This document shows positions 1-13,600 of a stretch of 64,000 bases of DNA, one piece after another. The stretch's first letter is position 1; each line of letters starts with the position of its first letter. The notes under the pieces were generated by a model. It saw only the letters and a list, made by a program, of their open reading frames with translations, was not told the origin of the DNA and did not search any database. This DNA comes from Enoplolaimus lenunculus. Taxonomy: Eukaryota. Made by a program: the position numbers and the translations under genes. The DNA lies in NCBI GenBank assembly GCA_030248215.1, contig JASANG010000266.1, forward strand, positions 186,001 to 250,000, read 5' to 3'.

Positions 1-3000
1 TACACGGAGTGTCAAGGATATATCGGTTGGACAGTCAACCCGCTGTTGGACGAATACTAGAACCAGGCAACAACAAGAACAAAAACAACAAGAACAACAA
101 CAACAACAGCGAACCAATTCTGTCGACAGTGTTGCATCGTCAACGCGTAGCGACTATTCAAACCAGACCACATCGTCTTGTGGCATTGAGCGAAATCATT
201 CGGCTACTCCAACCCGAAGGTCGCGAGTGCCATCAAACAGGGGCAGAGTTTTGGTGCCATATTTCACCGGGACAAACGAATCGATTGATCAGTGCCAAGG
301 TGAAGCAGTATTTTCTGGAGACTATTGTAATCGATTTTTGAGGCCCTTGCAGCAGTCGTCTCATAGCCGGGGAAGGGATAGTGACGTAGAACAACCGTTT
401 CGAACGAGAAATTGGTCCGGGGGTGAGCAGGCGGAGTTTGGACTGTCGACGCCGGTAAGAGGAGGCAAACATAAACGGCGTCAATGTCGTCGACGATTCA
501 AGCATAAGAGGTTGGATACGATCTCAGGCAACGATAACAGCGGCAATAATAACAACAACGGTAATAGTATTCATAATAATAGTAGCAATAATAATAATAG
601 AAGTAAGAGTAATAATAGTAATAATAATAATAATAGTTATAATTATAATAATAGAAGTAATAGTCACAAGAACAAGAATAAAAAATACAATAATTCGAGC
701 TACTCGAGTTACCGGTTTTCACTGTCACGTAAAATTGACGACGGTGCGACCGGCGATCCGGCAGTTGATTTTGATTTAACTGGGTTGGAAACCAGAATTG
801 ATTTCGAACTTGATACTGAATCCACTGACGAACGCAATAGTTTTACATCGCCACGAAAACATCTGGTTTTAGCAGACGACAAAAATCAAACGAGACAGCT
901 GGAAAATCATTCAGACATTGGAAAATGTAATACATACGTTTATCTTTATTGTTTGTCCTACACCCGGATTTGTGCTCAGATCGGTGACGTGTCGCCCATT
1001 GAAATAATATAATGGTTAATCCAACAGAAATTCGTGTTTTTTCTCTGTCGGAAATTTAAAGTGAATTTTAGTTTTATGCCTAGCTGTGACTGATTTTTTG
1101 CACACTAATATGTTAAAATGTAGACCATTACGATTTTGGATTCTGTAGTCATGATTTTTAGTGAAAATTATAGTAAGTAGAAGCTGAAAATAATGAAAAA
1201 TGCACCACGCTGACTAGTTTTACGCTACATTCCTATATTTCTCGATACATAGAAACAATTAGCAGCAACTGATTTTAAATTATTTTGTTAACCTGTTTAG
1301 ACGGTCAAAACACTCGGTGTGAACCGGACGACGCTACTTGTTCAACTACATTGACAAGTGCGCTAACGCCGCCCAACGTCGAAGAATTTAACCGTCAGAA
1401 TCACAGTTTTGCAAGCACTTTGCGATATTTAGAATCTGCGAGTCGAGAGCGTTTTAGCGCATTTACAGAACAGACGAATTTGGACGATTTGGCTGACAGG
1501 GAGCCGATGACAAACGTAATCAAGGATTCGTGTGATAATGTTGCATTAGAATTTAACATAGCATCATTTTGCTCAAGGTTATAGAACTAAGTAGTCTATA
1601 TTTATACCGCGTAATACTAAAATTTTTTGAAGCTCTACGAAATTTCGTACGTACATGAAGTACTTGCCTTATATTCAGAATTGATTTCTTGGTTTGAAAG
1701 TAAGCATCAAAACAACCAGCTTGCGTCTGCAATAGCATAGGCATATTATGGTCGGACGGTGAACATTTTTCATTTTAGACAATGCCTAATTTTGGTGATT
1801 TACCCCGACATTCCGATCGTTGTGGTATTGCTCAACAGCAGACAGGTTGCGCATTGTCCAATTGTAAAACTGATAACAATGCATCGAAAACAGTCACATC
1901 ACCTCTTAAAGTCGATTGTGCGGTTGATTTGACCAGTGACTTTGTTCCATTGCAGGTATTTTAAATTTAAAATGAAGTTACGGTATATTTTTGATAGAAG
2001 AATTTAGCAGTGCGGACCTAAGTCGATTGTAGAAGTAATTTTGCCGTTAATAAGAGATTAATTTACTTTTAGTTGAACAGAGGTTCATCTGATTTCTATT
2101 TTTCTATTTTTCCAGCATTCTTCTCCAAGAGCAAATATTTTGTCAAAATCCCGCAGTGAAAGTGCATCACCCTGGATGGATGGACATCAGCCCAGCGTAA
2201 ACAATCAAGTTTCAAGTGATATGTTCGATTTTGACCTAATCAGGAACGATTCTGGTGGACGGTCTATGTCAGGTATTGTGTTAAGTGACTACTTAACAAG
2301 AAAACTTTAATTTAATCTTTTTATACTGTTAATCTTGATCATAATTTAGCTCTAATTTAAGTTTTGTTTTGAAGCTTCTTATTATGCTATATACTGTTTT
2401 TGGCCAAATATTTAATGTCAAGTGCAGGTTGTTTCCGGTTGTTAAATGCCATTTGCAATAAATTGGTCTACTTAGCTTTTAGCGCAACGCATTGTGCCTC
2501 GTGGAGTGTCGGTCACACGACGAGATTCCTTAAATTGCCAAAAACGATGTTATTCGACGTATGGAGACGACGCTTGTGCAGTGTTGGAATTGTTACCGTC
2601 ACATTTCGGTCCGGTCGATTTGAAAATATCTAATTTAGGTGATTCGTTAGTTTTAACAAGGGGGCGGGCGGAGAGTTATCTCTTGAAACACGTTGTTATC
2701 AATGATGCTGAGACACAGTTTAAGCCAGACTTTGACTGACATTGATGTTGGACTTAAATCTCATAACAGAAATACGATCAGAAGTAACGCGGTCTAGACG
2801 CATCAGCGGCGTTCTGTCGTTTGTTATTTCAAACGGCATCGTATTTTAAGTTTAGCATGTTTTTAGTGTTACCTTCTTATATTTTTACAGATCCCTCACT
2901 TCATATTAAAGAATTGAAAGGATTGATTTATGAGAAATTTGAGAAACGCGTGAAGGTGAGAAATTTAAATTTTCAATGATTTCGGTGTTTGTAGCCAAGC

Positions 3001-6000
3001 GGTCAAATTCTGCAGTTATAAGATCGAATGCTGGCCTCGACGCACGCAACCTCAAAATATCATGTTTACAGCAAAAAACGCAAATAATGGCTATACAAGT
3101 AACACTTCAGGTCAAACGCAATACACATAGATGCGGACGTACACAGAAAATGGCGAATAGCGCTTTGTTTTAAAATTTTGATTTTTTCAAAATAAGTAAT
3201 ATCTCGTTTCGCGGAAATGAAGTGGTGGTTCGTAGTTTGGTTTCCACTTACAATTGTTCGAGTTATCACTCTGTGCTAAGTATACTATCCTATTTTTTGT
3301 ACCGAACATCAAATTTCAGTAGGTCTACTGTCAGAAGCGGTCGCATTTATGATGAGATTTGTATAACAGGTACTTCACGTTACTGTCATTCCGCAGTCAG
3401 ACGGTGAATGTCACGGTATTGTCCAAGTGGAAACGGTTTTTGATGCGATAAATGCTATTCGCCAGTTTTCGTCTGAAGGTACTTGTATTGGAACACGTCA
3501 TGTATCTATTTCTCGATGGGTGCCACACGAGACAGCGTATTTCACAAACAACGGACTGGTTATGGACAAAAGGTAACCTTGTTGTAGTCGCCTTGAACCG
3601 TGTTTTACTTTCTTGTGCTTTAAGTGGGCTTATACAAATAACATATGTTCATGACTTGCGGAAGTTTTAAGTTACATTTGGTTAGCCGTTTTGGTTGCGT
3701 TGTTTTCAGAGAGTCTATCGTATATGTGCTGAACAAAATTCCATCTAAAAGAGCTCCTGCTGTTGTATTCTTTGCGCTTTTCAACGAAACGTGAGTTTGC
3801 GTTTTTATTTAAGTTTTTTAGTAATTACAATAAATTATTTTTTGAAACGAAATTTGAATTTATGCAATTCGCCTGAAGACTAAGAAATTGCAAAGTCGGT
3901 CTCGAACCAGCGATTTTCAGGTGCGAGGAGGTTACCATCATCGCTTCACTATAAATACCTGGCGATCTAGCCGATGAGGCTCTCACGTATTGAAGATAAT
4001 TCAGTTTGTGCAGTGTTTGTATCGTATGATATTATGCATTATATGTAAACTGTTATGATGTATACGGAAACAGCTATATATTTAACATTCAACTTTCGAG
4101 TGTATTTGCATGATAATGTACGTAGTATAATTGCTGCGCTATGTTAGAAAGCCATCGTTCACCGTTAACTATCTTTTTACATTTGAATTTTGCTTATGCT
4201 GGCTGAAATTGAGATGCTTTTTTAAATATTTCTTGTGAATATACGGGATTTTTAAAGATTGTATTGAATTTAACGTTTGGATTATATAGATTTTCTCGTC
4301 ACATTTCTTTGGAAGATATAAAGGCAATGCCATCGCTTGTGTTGATCAGCAGTTCACCCGGAACATTAAATGTGATTTTGGAACTTCATCCTAGTTTGGT
4401 TTCTATGACTCGATTGATACACGAGTCTGATTTTTGTGATGACGATACGGATCAAGATCATTCCGAACGAAATCAGGTAAATAATTTTACCTACGCAATA
4501 ATAATGAGTTGCATTCAGAAAATTAAGTTTATATCCTATACTATAATTACTGTTTTCACCCAGCTACGATTTTGTTTCACCGGTGGAGAGTACATTGATT
4601 ACACGCGAAAGGAAACTCTGTTCAAGTGCGGAGGAGTATACAGAGCAACAATTACTTTTCGATACACAGATACGTAATTTAGAGCAAAGCAGGCACATTA
4701 CATAATTTAAAACAAAAGGAACCGGATAAAATTACTATGGAACTAGATGATGATGGCTGTATCGAAAGACCGGACGAAAGTAAACGTTTTTATTTGCAGT
4801 ATTTCATTTGAAAACTAATGTTATTGCTGACTACGGATTTAAGTATTATACTATTTTATGTTGTATTATTTGAGGCAAGCATATTAAGCGTGCAAGAAAC
4901 GTTATCCATACCTGCTATAATTATCTTCAGACATTTGATATTTCCGCATGCCCCCTTTCTGGTGAACTATTCTGCACCGCGCATGCAGTACATCGCGATA
5001 TACGGCAAACCATGTGCATCTTATCGGCGTCTGAACTCAATTATGATTTGGTATATGTTCGGGTATCACTCGAAGAGTTGGATCGTGGTATGACGCAACT
5101 TTTGAACGCTCATAACGGAATGTTACCGGCTTCTAGGTAAAGTTTTGTGAGAGGTTACGAAACCGGGAAGGGCTGTTTCGGAGCTGAAGAGCACGAAATT
5201 TTACCTGATGTCAAAAATTCAGGGCCTCCTGGTTCAACGAGCCTCAACCATCCTGGAAACAGTATTATGTAATGTAAGCAAATGCAATAAAATTCTGAAA
5301 TTTAAGAGGGTTTGGGAAGAAATTCAACTGGATTTCGGGGGTGGGGGTTGAACTCGGGGAGGTCGCAATTCGGCAGTAAATAACTGTTTAATGTTTCTTG
5401 CTTTAAAAACCGTTGTAGTTGTAGTGGATTTGACGCATGAAAGAATTTGTATGTAGTTGAATTATAGCTGCCGTTCGTTTTAGTCGAATCCATAAACAAT
5501 TATGGTTGTGTAAAGAACACATACTGAAACTGAATCAGGGTTTATTTTTTCAAAATTCGGCGTGGGATTTTGGTGGGTTTTTTAATTTCAGTGGGTTTTT
5601 AAATATATGATTGTTTTCAATTACTTTCGAAAAGATACGTAATTACATATGTATTATATTACAAATATATATTAATTCATGCACATATAAGTTTACATGT
5701 GGGCACTGGAACGAGTCATAACTGCTCTGCAAAGCGAAATAATGGCCTATGTCAGATGTTTGTGACTTAGCAATTGAAATATTGTTTTTGAATACAGTGG
5801 CTACATTTGTGGCTGCTCGTTATACTCATCCGGCCTGCTGAAAACACGCTGGTAACTTTCCGATAAGGTCAGGGCTTACTTTTAATTAGGAAATGACTGT
5901 TTTAAAAGGCCCCTTTTCCGCATAGAGTATATTAATCGAAGAGGCACTAATTTATAAACTGCGAACGAACAAACTGGCAATTATTAAACTTATCTTCTGC

Positions 6001-9000
6001 AGCACAAAGCCTCCACAATACGTGAGAGTCCTTCGGAATCTAGAGTTAAGCTGTATAGCAAAGTGGTGATGATAAAAGCCTCCCAGCACGCAACACAACA
6101 AAGATAGCAAAAAATATTACGTATATTTGTCTGAGTTTGAGTTTGATTTAGGTTTCAGTATTCAATAAAATTCTTTTCTGTGGAAAATATTTGGAAGTCA
6201 TGGCGGGGTTTCTGGTGGATTTTTATGAATTTCGCTGTGTGGATTTTTATGAATTTCGCTGGGTGTTTTTGAAAAAGGTTGGAGAAAATATGCGATTAAA
6301 TATTGGTCTCCTGTTACATTTTTTGACACCTGGTAACCCTGACACGTTGCACATTATTTTTGGCAAGCCTGTTTGTACTTGTTTTGAAATTTATGTGAAT
6401 TACTATCATTACGTTTGGGATTATTATTGTCGCGGTGAGGTGCAGCATACACTTTTTATTTATTTTAGCTTACTCGACTGTTATTGTGCAACAATTGGGC
6501 ATCTTGAACGTCCGGCGAAAGGCACTGACGGTGTTCCGCTTGGTCATTTGCTAAATTGCCTTCTGCCGAAGTACGAAATTGTTTCACAGAACGCTTGCAG
6601 GACACGTGTAATTCGATGGAATTGTAATTGGCAACGTTCAGGTAAACGTAATCAATGTAATATTTGGCCACACTACGCACTATCATAAGGTCATTTTAAA
6701 AATATTGTAATATCCCTACACACAAAATAAATAATTGTCTTGTATTCAAGAAATTCCAGATTTTTTCAAAAATAACAAATATATACCTAAAATTTTCCAG
6801 ACATAACGTCTGCAATTTTATGTAGGATTTTGTTTTATGAAGGATTAACACAAAGACAAATGTCTGAAATAAAACACAAAGATTTTCCTCCAGGGAAACG
6901 ACTCCAAAATTGGGTGCTAAATCTCAACCAAATACCGTAACTTAGTTAAGTTTTTGTAATTTGTTTTTAAAAAATTTAGCGTCCGTTTCACTGGATTCAC
7001 GACTGCGAGTGATTGAATATGAATTGTTGGAATTGATCATGTCGAGACCTCATGGTGGTCAACTGCCTGGTGTTAGTCTATCAAAGTTGACACAATATTA
7101 TAATGAATATTTTGGACGCAGAATTCAACCGGAAAGTTACGAGTTTTCAAGTTTGGAAACACTTATTCGAGCCATGCGTCGGTCTGTAGAGGTATATTTG
7201 TAGGTGTTTAGTGGTGTGCGTCAAGTATTTTTTCGTTGTAAATTTTAATTGTAATTTTTAATTTTTTGTGTAGCTAACAGAATGTATAATATAATGGTAA
7301 AATCTTGTATTCCAGTGTTTTTCTGAGATTTTTTAAATATTACAGTTCGGAATTCGCCTTAAGTAGTGGGTGTGGATAGTAGAACCCAAGTGAATATGTT
7401 GGTAGTAAATCATGAGAGGTGAAAAGGTTGTAGGATGGATATATTTAAATAACGTGCATGGTACGCCAGGGTGGCACCGAATCCACGATTTGACCGAATC
7501 TGAATCCGAATACAGTGCTAATTTGCCGAATCCGAATCCTGCATGTTGCTAATTTCAGATATATCTATAATTTGTTTCGGAATATCAACGCAATACCAGC
7601 CGTACTCAAATTTTTGCCGAATCCGAATCCGAACCTTTGTTGCCACCCTGTGGTACGCTATCGCGCCGTGCAGTATCGCTCTAGTGGAATTTGTCTCTAT
7701 GTTCAATTCCTATTTTTATTGCTACTTCGCAAAATATTGTGTTTCCATTACTTTTCGCAAAAATTCAACTTTTTTGGTTGCGACCCTGTTTCGGAATCTT
7801 AGTTCGGTTTAAATTTAGCAAAATGAAGGATGGCAACAATCTGTCTGTTTCAATATTTAACAGATTCTTGGTGTTGGCAGCGATCAGGTTGTGTTTCTGA
7901 CGCATTCGGTGTTGATGAATCGGTTTTGTCGCGATTTGAAAATGGTTTGCGAGCGGCGTCGATCAACTTCAGGAAGCAGTAGTCCAAGATATTCTACTGG
8001 TGGAGTAAGAGATTGCGACGTTTGTTTTAATACTGCCGAATGAGGAAATATAGAATTTATAAAAAAATTTGTTTATTAATTTACAAACGCTTGAAAATGT
8101 AGGGCTCAAATCTTAATGGTGTGTGTCAGGTTGTTGATTAAGCTGGACGCAATTACGTTTTAGCATTATGGTGTTTTGTTATGTATGTACGACGATTGCA
8201 ACATATTTCAACAGTTTTGCGTATCTTGTTTGCCACAGCAAAAAATAAGTAGCTGAAATTAGCTTGCTTTGAAGTTTTAATTTTAGATGACCTTGTCGCA
8301 GATTAGAACCGCTTGGAAGCATCAGTTCGGTGGTCCGCTTTGTGCATTGAATTATGGCGTATGCTTTATTGATGATTTGTTGCGGGAATTACCATCAAAT
8401 TTGTTTAAGGTGAGACGCATTTACATTTTATTTTCAGTAGTGGGCACTAGATTCAACAGATCAACCATCTAGGCTTTTATTTAGATGCACATATCAGCTG
8501 TACTAACCCTGTTTAGATTTGAGCTGCCTGTGTATTAAAGAGGTGATTATCTCCTGCTGAAGAGAGTTGTAATTTTTCTCCCATTTTGTAGTTTATATTA
8601 TCTGTTTATACACGTACAAACTATTGAACTAATATTTCGTTGCTAAGTTCGGTTCAAATACGCAGATCAATATAGCTTCGTCGATATCGAATATAAGCCA
8701 TATGAGCTTGGAAACTGTGCGCGCTATTCGAATTCTGCAACTCCCATCGCTAATTTGTGTTACAGTTGTTTCGTTCTTTGGAGAATACTGCTATGCATGT
8801 TACATATATACGTGTATAGCTATTGAATGCTTCTACCAGTGTTTAAAAGCTAAATCATTGATATATTGCTTTTTTGTTTTAGTTGACGGAATTCGGTGGT
8901 ACAACTTTGGTGTGTTTGTTGGATGGAGGTACATAAGAAGTTTACGCAAATTTTGTGTCTATAAATATTTAGCTTTTGCATAACACTATTTTCATAAATC

Positions 9001-12000
9001 GGTTTTTTGTGTTTTGCGATTCAAAGTCATTTTTGTGTGGCAAAACATTTTGACTAGGCAAATTTTTTATCATTAATGGTCTCGCAGTTATTAAACATTC
9101 CTGAGTGACCAATTATCGCACTTTGGTGGGACTCATAGAAATCGTTTTTCTGTTTAAGTAAAAATGAAATAATGTTCTGGGAACCGGCGTTCTGATTCCA
9201 TCGCGTTATGTGTTAAAATTGTGGTTTAGAACAATGATTTTTATAAAACTGAAGCTGGTATAGTACAGTGGTCTTGGTAAGAGGCTTAGCTACCATCCGG
9301 TTTAGTGAGATATCTAGCTCATTTTGCAAAATTCTTACAATCTAATGTATAGCAAATCTAATGTATAGCAATAACCATAAAGACGTATAAGTATTAAATT
9401 AATATGTGTATGCTTGCAGAGACATGGTTGTTATAGGTCATTCACCGGTGCCCCTTGGATCTCCTGTAGGTGGAAACGTGTCTCCTCAACAGCTAAACAA
9501 GCTACTAATAGGTGATATTGTTAACTTAATTCGACAAAGTCCACAATTTCGGCTACCATTGTCACAATTGACAAATGCGTATCAACAATTTTATGGCCGT
9601 CCGCTTGTGTTTCACAACCTGAGTGCTTGTCAAAATTTGACAAATGCCGTTCATTCAACGCCAGAATCAAATTCACGAAGATTGTTAACCATGTCGCCTA
9701 ATTTGGGAGCAATTGTAAAAATGTTGAAATCGCACGCTAGCGATGTTCTTGCCGTAAGTAACTTTTAGGAGGGTTTTTGCACGCTGTCCGCGCATATTTA
9801 ACGTTAAGGCTTAGCTAAGTTTTTAACAAACGTGAGCCTAAGCGTGTATTCAGGAAAGAGCATAAGGGGTTCGAGTAGTTGCACTCATAAGAAACAACAG
9901 CGGCCGTAGTTTTTCTACTTGAGGTTTTATGCTGTTTAAAGGTTATGTAATGAAGTCTGCATTGGTAGCATTGTTGTTTTACGGAATTTTGATAACTGAT
10001 TTATAATGTTACCAAATTTGTAATTCTTCTTCGCTGCGTGCGACAATGTACCCACCAACAACGCACTTATTAAGTTTTGAAATTACGTAATCGTAAGTTC
10101 GTTGCGGTGTCACGCAGTCGAATTCCGATGTTGGAGACATAACTTGAAGTTTGCTAGACGAGGTATTGATATACTGTTTAAATTACACTTAATTAGAGGT
10201 GAACTTACTTTACAAGTTCTCAGGTTAGAGCAACTAAGAATTAAGGAGTCGCTGTACTTTTAAACAAATTTTATGTTATCTGGCGCCGTACGTTGCCGTC
10301 ATTGCCGCAACCCTCCTTCCGTTGCGTAAGATACCGCACGGTGACGGACGGCAGCGCACAGCGTATAACGCCAACTTTACTGATGAGTGCTTCATTTGTT
10401 GTAGGTCGAAACTATTGACGGTGAAAATGTGTTGACACTACCACGGCCTGAACTATTTAGCGTTCTTTGTTCAGCAGTTGTTTCCATGCTTAGTGCACAA
10501 CCTGATCACAGCGTAAATAAAAATCATTTCCTGGACGCGTTTACACGGTTTCACGGACATTCATTGCGTTTGAGTGATTTTGGATGTGCAACAATTGATG
10601 AATTAATTGATAGCTTATCCTGTGTTCTGAAGGTTAGCGCAGTTTTGTGTAACTAATTGAGTGTTTATTAGTCTGCAGAAGTTGCGTAGTTAATTTAATT
10701 GATATATAAATAAAGCTTTAACAACCACTATACGACGTAATTGGGCGATTTTTCAGAGCTAATGGGATGTTGTGGGATCAAATTCAGTAGTATTAGTAAC
10801 AGTGACATGCGTAAGATTGCTGCAGAAAGATCCAAGTACAGTGTTGGTAATATTTGTATTCGAAGTGTTTATCTTAGAGTATACACAATACTCAAAATTG
10901 TTCATCTTGATGGTACACTTTATGGAACTTACGTAATAAGTCGCAGTAGGTATGTTCAGATTGAAACTCTGCCCGACGGAACGGAAACGATTAACCTTGC
11001 TGCTCAACACGAAGGCCAAACACAAACCGAACACGTTTTGTACTTGTTTTTGGAGCGCCCTGACGTTAGAATTTCTTGGCCTCAGTTCCTTGCAGATTAT
11101 GTTGAAGCTTTTGGAATTTCGTGTGGCTCACTTGATACATTTCGTTACAGTGCAAAGGACGTTGTTTTGGTGAGTCTAATTGAGAACCTTAACTCTACAG
11201 GACGTAATGTTTAGTGCTGTAGAAGTGCAATTGTATACTTTTATGTCTCAGTACTGAACTAGTGTTGAACCAATAAATTGGTATCGGTAGAAGCATCGTT
11301 ACCTTTAGTTTTAGTTTTCTTACTTAAGCTGCATAAAACAATCATTTTGTTGTAATAGTCAACAGTTTTAGATTGAAGAACCAAAATCAACTAGTGACCG
11401 TCGACTTGAAGAAACTCTAATTTACTTGACTCCATTACAAGCGTTTGCGTTGCGATCACGTAATTTACTGTTTGAGTACAATGCGGCTGAGCCAGCTATT
11501 CCAATATCAAGCTTTCATGTATGTGAATCGATGTAGTCATTTTAATTTTTGTATTTCTTTTTCATGGTATTTTTATATGAAAGTAAATCTTAGTATTTTT
11601 AAATTATCCGATAAAGCCACATTTTCGATTGGCAGTAGCGCATATTTCCATCTAATGACTGGTATTGAGGCAAAGGAATTATGAAAAGTATTAATCCTAA
11701 ACTTCACATGGCTATTGGAAGCTCTATTTGAGACAAAAGTGGGCAGAATATTGAAAGCTATGAATTAGTAATTAGGACCCAAGCCAACTAGTAATACGTG
11801 AAACTAACCTGTAAGTCTACTATATAGTTATTCTATGCTATTACAGAAGATCTATCAGCAGGCCTTCCATAAGGTCTTAGATCCACAAGATTATGGTTTT
11901 TCAACTATTCCTGGGCTTATACGTGGAGTATCGCACGTTTTGTATGTAAAGGGTCGTGGCAATCACGCGCTCGTTTGCGCTAACCGGAACTTTATAGGTT

Positions 12001-13600
12001 CGTTCGTGTTTGTTCTTGGTCATTACTCTTTAGCTATTAGATTGCTTCTTTAGTTTGGTTTCGTTTGGTTTGGTTTGGCAGGCATACATTACCTCTTAAG
12101 AACATCGTTGAGCATCTATTCACATTGAAACAGTAAAATAGTCTAAAATGTAATGTCGACTGTCCGTTGTTCCATGTTGTTTAAGCGTCACTGAATCGGT
12201 TTTCCGCGTATAGCAACAAGTCAACACCTCTTAAACGAAAAAATGAACAGCAGTTCAATGACAGACGACGGCAACGTAGCAGAAGCAAAAGCAGATCTCC
12301 AGGTCTCACTTGTACGCCCACCAGGTTGCCACCGACGTCAAAATCAAGGATTATTTATTCGAGTGCTCGGTCAAGTCCAAGGGAGAAGCTTAAGGAATCT
12401 GACTCTGCTGCGGCAATGAAAAAAGTTGCAGTGGTATATGGTGATGATCCAGCGCAGTTACCTCCGGAACGGTCACCAAGGGTAGAAAATTTGTCAAAAT
12501 CTGTGGCCAACAATACACAAGGCGCAGGTAAGTGGCGTTAAAATTAAATTGTTGAGTTAGGAGCGAGTGGGCGTTGTTAGGAATGCGAGAAAATTTGCAA
12601 AAAATGTGGTAGCGTATATTGAATGTAAAACAAATCTGGCTTGCTACTAAAAGAGTTTTGTTTGAATGTCCAGAATTAACGAAATACAGCATTGTAAAAT
12701 ATACATCATTTTGGGCTGCTGGCACTTTATTTTTTAGTGCATTACATTACTAATATAAGTTGCGACAGAAAAATTATTTATTACTCGAATATTTTAGCCG
12801 TTCAACGCAGTGAGCCATTGTCCGGTGCACAATTTTTGCAGTCGCTTACGCAAACTACAAACGCACGCGTGCAAACCAGAATAGACCACGGAGCTTCAAT
12901 ACAAACGCGACCAATATTATGCGTAGCGAGTAGTTCCGAGAACGCTACAGCGACGCACTCGAAATTAACCACTACTGTTTGTGACACGGGAAGCTGTGAG
13001 AAACAGACTGCAACGAAAGTTGGACAAGATGAAGCTTCTAATGTGACGACAAAATTCAGCCTAATATCGATTGAGAAAGAAACTTGTGCTGAAAGCCTTG
13101 CGAGTGCGTTTAATCAGAGTTATCATAAAATGAAATTGCAGTATCGTAGCCAGGATGAAAAATCTACTAAGGGTAAAGGAGCAATTTTGACTAGTGGTAA
13201 CCGACTAAAAAATAACGGGAAATCCGTTGGTAATGAAATTAATTATGAAGCAAATGGTGCTGACGATTGTGATTTTAATCTGACAGTTGATGGCAAGGTG
13301 GAAAGAAATCCGTTAAATCCGCAAATCATTTCGGAAAAGGTTTCAAACACGAAGCAAACTTTGATAGCAACGTCAAATGTTGATCGGTGCACTAATCGAA
13401 ACGCTAGCAACGAAATCACTGAAAAGGTTGTCAGTGCAGAAAGAACGTCTGTCTTGAAAAGCGATCCTGGTGACGTGACAGTCGATCTTCCACAACAGTG
13501 TGGTTTGTCTCCTGGTGTGAGTCGAGCAAACCCAGGTATTAATATTCAAAAAGGTGGTCGCAGAAATCGACTTGCAGCTAAATTTCCTGTTAGTGAATAA
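1..13600 (+). CDS. MARF1: MARF1 / Limkain-b1 orthologue (RRM plus ~8 LOTUS/OST-HTH domains), multi-exon, 5' part outside the window
   Basis: Spliced exons give an RRM (GPVDLKISNL|DPSLHIKELKGLIYEKFEKRVK|VLHVTVIPQSDGECHGIVQVETVFDAINAI, ~2600-3480) and serial LOTUS-like blocks: LLDCYCATIGHLE...GVPLGHLLNC (~6470), YYNEYFGRRIQPESYEFSSLETLI (~7100), ILGVGSDQVVFLTH (7864), FTRFHGHSLRLSDFGCATIDELI (~10540), LTPLQAFA...YQQAFHKVLDPQDYGFSTIPGLIRGVSHVLYVKGRGNH (11.4-12.0 kb). C-terminus RNRLAAKF resembles the vertebrate MARF1 tail as I recall it. Frame is open from base 2; stop TAA at 13598-13600. GT-AG junctions; some 5' exon boundaries are uncertain. Confidence 0.9.
534..665 (+). repeat. (AAT/AAC)n microsatellite encoding a poly-Asn/Ser tract inside a MARF1 exon; poly-Gln (CAA)n tract at ~68-109
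   Basis: Directly visible triplet repeats lying in the open frame that runs from base 2 to beyond 900. Confidence 0.85.
3895..3990 (-). mobile_element. Degenerate tRNA-derived SINE head (same family as 56045-56165)
   Basis: Shares TCGAAC...TACCATCA...CGATG(A/G)GGCTCTCACGT with the 56.1 kb copy; B-box-like GGTTCGAGACC on the minus strand. Confidence 0.5.
7467..7650. mobile_element. hAT-type MITE in a MARF1 intron
   Basis: TIR CAGGGTGGCA...TGCCACCCTG, perfect 8-bp TSD TGGTACGC (7459-7466 and 7651-7658), internal CCGAAT repeats. Confidence 0.9.

Noticed and set aside
498..728. Poly-Tyr ORF on the minus strand
   Set aside because: Antisense reading of the (AAT)n poly-Asn tract.
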